The notes under the pieces: model-generated
What the model was told of the DNA's origin: nothing
The model's input: the letters and a program-made list of their open reading frames with translations, nothing else
Database searches by the model: none
Translations under genes and position numbers: made by a program
Source: a virus
Lineage: Duplodnaviria > Caudoviricetes
Virus record (IMG/VR): IMGVR_UViG_3300037043_000007
Location: 1 to 43,369 of that record
Reading direction: 5' to 3' (one strand)
Length of the DNA stretch: 43,369 bases
Shown: positions 43,072 through 43,369 of the stretch, one piece after another
How the letters are laid out: each line of letters begins with the position of its first letter
Position numbering within the stretch: position 1 is the first letter of the stretch

Positions 43072-43369
43072 TGAACATACAAGAGGTAATAAATCGTTAT
43101 CAAGGCAAGACATTAGGTTTCCCAGATGGACAGTATGTAGGGGAATGTTTGAGCCTTGTCAAGCACTATATCAGAGATTATTTTGGTATAGCCCCACCAG
43201 CATCAGGAGTAAATGCTGCTTATGGATACTGGACAAACTTCCCCAATCCATTAGGAACTAAATTTAATAAAGTGCCAAACACACCAACTGGTGTTCCTAA
43301 ACCTGGGGATATAATGATATGGAACTCAAAAACAGGTGCAGGATATGGACATATAGCAATAGTGATAGA
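43071..43369 (+). CDS. N-terminal part of CHAP-domain endolysin (runs off the window end)
   Basis: MNIQEVINRYQGK...YVGECLSLVKHY...PKPGDIMIW...GYGHIAIV, with CHAP catalytic Cys and His. Confidence 0.88.
   Translation, partial: MNIQEVINRYQGKTLGFPDGQYVGECLSLVKHYIRDYFGIAPPASGVNAAYGYWTNFPNPLGTKFNKVPNTPTGVPKPGDIMIWNSKTGAGYGHIAIVI

Noticed and set aside
1-43369. Stop-codon reassignment
   Set aside because: Terminase, portal, capsid and RtcB are full length in code 11, TAA/TAG/TGA all end genes, and there is no suppressor tRNA.

Overview
AT-rich, nearly complete genome of a tailed dsDNA phage (Caudoviricetes), read in standard code 11. It is circularly permuted: a CHAP endolysin gene runs off the right end and resumes at base 3. 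The minus-strand arm (17.4 to 3.25 kb) holds many small early genes, recombination and nuclease genes, a lytic transglycosylase, tRNAs, RtcB and a sigma-region-4-like HTH protein. The plus-strand arm (18.2 kb round to 3.2 kb) holds terminase, portal, two large putative internal virion proteins, scaffold, an SU10/DUF5309-type major capsid, a glycosyltransferase/LicD/cytidylyltransferase block, tail and lysis genes. I recognised no integrase, DNA polymerase, helicase or tail tube. Main observations: (1) the early transcript is tiled by stem-closed modules, in which single small genes or compact pseudoknotted RNAs are each enclosed by 20-26 bp inverted repeats whose mismatches are almost all G-U pairs on the sense strand; (2) a second array of stem-closed non-coding RNAs lies upstream of a CCA-ending tRNA mimic, two non-canonical tRNAs and RtcB; (3) a promoter motif GTAAGGTTTTG-N13-TATAAT-N4-GTAGAAG occurs three times with identical spacing; (4) a putative virion phospho-glycosylation pathway sits behind the capsid gene; (5) a stand-alone NrdD glycyl-radical finger sits in the lysis cassette. 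All calls come from reading the sequence by eye; no searches or folding programs were run.
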